A stretch of 64,000 bases of DNA, taken from the NCBI GenBank assembly GCA_965200205.1, contig CBDAUI010000002.1, forward strand, positions 319,837-383,836, written 5' to 3'. Shown here in pieces: positions 62,643-64,000 of this stretch. Every line of letters begins with the position of its first letter. Positions within the stretch are counted from its first letter, which is position 1. A model generated the notes under the pieces. The model was not told where the DNA came from and ran no database searches. It worked only from the letters and a program-made list of their open reading frames with translations. The stretch is from Candidatus Poribacteria bacterium (GTDB lineage Bacteria > Poribacteria > WGA-4E > WGA-3G). A program made the position numbers and the translations under genes.

Positions 62643-63585
62643 CGACAAACCGATTTTTGACAGATACGCGCACCGGACACGCACGCGCTTGTCTCATTAC
62701 GCTTTCGCACCGATCTACGTCTGGCGCGAACACTTCGAGTTTTATTGGACACTATTTTCGGATTATCTCTGCGTTTTCGCAAGGCAGGCAGACGACTATT
62801 TCATGCCGATCCTGCCGATACCGATAGAGATGGAAGATCCCAGGTATCTGAAAGTGGTTAAGGAGGCACATCAATTCATGTTGACTGCCAGTCGGAACCC
62901 GCACATTGCCAGAATAGAAAATGTGCCACAGGAGATGATCTCTTTCTTTGAAACGGAGGGGTTTTGCGTGAGTTTGAAGGAGACGGAATACCTTTACGAA
63001 ACGACAGCACTTGCAGAACTGCGTGGCGATCGTTACAAGCAGCAACGGCACGCCTATAACGTTTACGTCGCTCAGTATCCGTCAGCGAAATTGCATCCGT
63101 ATTGTCCCGCGGATCAGGACGAATGCCTTATACTTTACGAAAGATGGCGCGAGGCGCGATCGGAAAAATATGACAATCCGCTCTACAACGCGATGCTCGA
63201 CGATTCACAGTCGGCACACCGAATCGGGGTTTCGGACGCGGAGGCACTCGGTCTCGTTGGTAGAGTTGTCCGTATCAACGGGGACATCAAGGGGTATACC
63301 TTCGGCTATCCATTAAATACCGATACCTTCTGTATCCTGTTTGAGATTACGGACCTCAGTATAACCGGATTGGCACAGTTCATCTACCGAGAATTCTGCA
63401 AGGAATTGGCGGATACCTATAAATGGGTCAACGCTATGGACGATTCTGGGTTAGAGAATCTAAAACGCGTCAAACGTTCCTATCACCCTTGCCAATTGAT
63501 TCCATCATACAATATTGTTCTGTCTACTTTGATTTCGGACGTGGAAACCGCGAAGAAACACCCCAGCAAAAACCCCCTACGATAA
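62617..63585 (+). CDS. DUF2156-like (lysyl-PG synthase C-terminal domain-like) protein
   Basis: N-terminal LTLNDKPIFDRY...LSHYAFAPIYVWREHFEFYW. The last ~12 codons run into dispersed repeat P3. Confidence 0.6.
   Translation: MRLQPLTLNDKPIFDRYAHRTRTRLSHYAFAPIYVWREHFEFYWTLFSDYLCVFARQADDYFMPILPIPIEMEDPRYLKVVKEAHQFMLTASRNPHIARIENVPQEMISFFETEGFCVSLKETEYLYETTALAELRGDRYKQQRHAYNVYVAQYPSAKLHPYCPADQDECLILYERWREARSEKYDNPLYNAMLDDSQSAHRIGVSDAEALGLVGRVVRINGDIKGYTFGYPLNTDTFCILFEITDLSITGLAQFIYREFCKELADTYKWVNAMDDSGLENLKRVKRSYHPCQLIPSYNIVLSTLISDVETAKKHPSKNPLR
63553..63573. repeat. Dispersed element P3, half copy
   Basis: AAGAAACACCCCAGCAAAAAC is identical to 43690-43710. Confidence 0.75.
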
Positions 63586-63610
63586 CGCTACCGCAAGGAA
63601 AATCAAAAAT

Positions 63611-64000
63611 ATGAGAGCGGCGCTTGTTTTCCTCAACGGCTATTACGATACAAGGTATCTCGATTTCTACCGTCAAGAAATTGAAGACGCAATGGCGAAC
63701 CGTTTTCCGACTATCTGTGCGGATGGTGGCGTTCGGATATTTGATACGTTAAATCGGTGTGGAGAGACACGGCTTATTCCTGATGTTCTCATTGGGGACA
63801 TGGATTCAGTTGCTAAAGCAGAAACAGAAGCGAAGCATATCGTTCAGGAATGGGTTGGGCAGACAGATAAGGATTGGACCGATGGTCAACTTGCTGTCGA
63901 TTATGCGCTCCAAGAATACGGATGCCGGCACATCGTTATTTATGGCGGTTTACCGCGTCCTGCGGCATACCAGACAGACCACTTCCTCGGTAACCTTAAA
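63611..64000 (+). CDS. thiN: Thiamine pyrophosphokinase (3' end beyond window)
   Basis: My own translation gives MRAALVFLNGYYD...ICADGG...LIGDMDS...DKDWTDGQLA...GGLPRP...DHFLGN. The frame is open to the window end. Confidence 0.75.
   Translation, partial: MRAALVFLNGYYDTRYLDFYRQEIEDAMANRFPTICADGGVRIFDTLNRCGETRLIPDVLIGDMDSVAKAETEAKHIVQEWVGQTDKDWTDGQLAVDYALQEYGCRHIVIYGGLPRPAAYQTDHFLGNLK

Noticed and set aside
1-64000. Search for tRNA, rRNA, tmRNA, retron/DGR reverse transcriptases and cas genes
   Set aside because: I found no cloverleaf-like conserved arms (for example GGTTCGAATCC-type T-loops) in the spacers, no rRNA-like stretches and no RT or Cas motifs in any frame. Small structured RNAs could still be missed by eye.

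Overview
Bacterial chromosomal window of 64 kb with about 60 protein genes on both strands. I see no rRNA, tRNA or CRISPR array. All functional calls come from motif recognition in the supplied translations and hand inspection of the DNA; no database search was run.

(1) nt 1-25.3 kb is an envelope signalling and transport locus.
- Three ECF-type sigma factors are each fused, through one transmembrane helix and a shared 43-aa juxtamembrane module, to large extracytoplasmic domains. Two of these carry double BNR/Asp-box propellers. There are no separate anti-sigma genes.
- A conserved 51-nt promoter-like element sits in front of both propeller-sigma genes and an ABC-2 permease.
- Two small families of paralogous secreted or anchored proteins are arranged around the sigma genes.
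- The locus also holds a TonB-dependent receptor, a pair of half-size ABC exporters, a MacB-type permease, a relic of a third exporter, and a TPR-TlpA thiol:disulfide oxidoreductase.

(2) nt 26.3-32.9 kb is an accessory island.
- It carries a beta-class DNA methyltransferase fused to an HNH nuclease.
- A convergent minus-strand gene string contains a gluzincin-like metalloprotease and four unknowns. The stretch 28.55-31.1 kb is conspicuously AT-rich.
- An IS630-family element (CTAG target, TA duplication, A8 -1 frameshift site) splits a small ORF.

(3) The remainder is mostly housekeeping or metabolic: aroA plus a DHDPS-family gene, a PhoR-like histidine kinase, tenA, a two-NBD sugar-type ABC ATPase, tsaE, a GT4 glycosyltransferase, an SDR, PhyH-type dioxygenases, xylose-isomerase-like TIM barrels, Gfo/Idh/MocA, sbcCD, yjbQ, aroQ, a DegT-family aminotransferase and thiN (3' truncated). 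These are interspersed with toxin-antitoxin remnants: two truncated HicB-like genes, one RelE/ParE pair and one orphan antitoxin.

Intergenic DNA carries at least four families of short dispersed palindromic or leader-like repeats. Gene content hints at a PVC-like or candidate-phylum heterotroph, but that is inference only.
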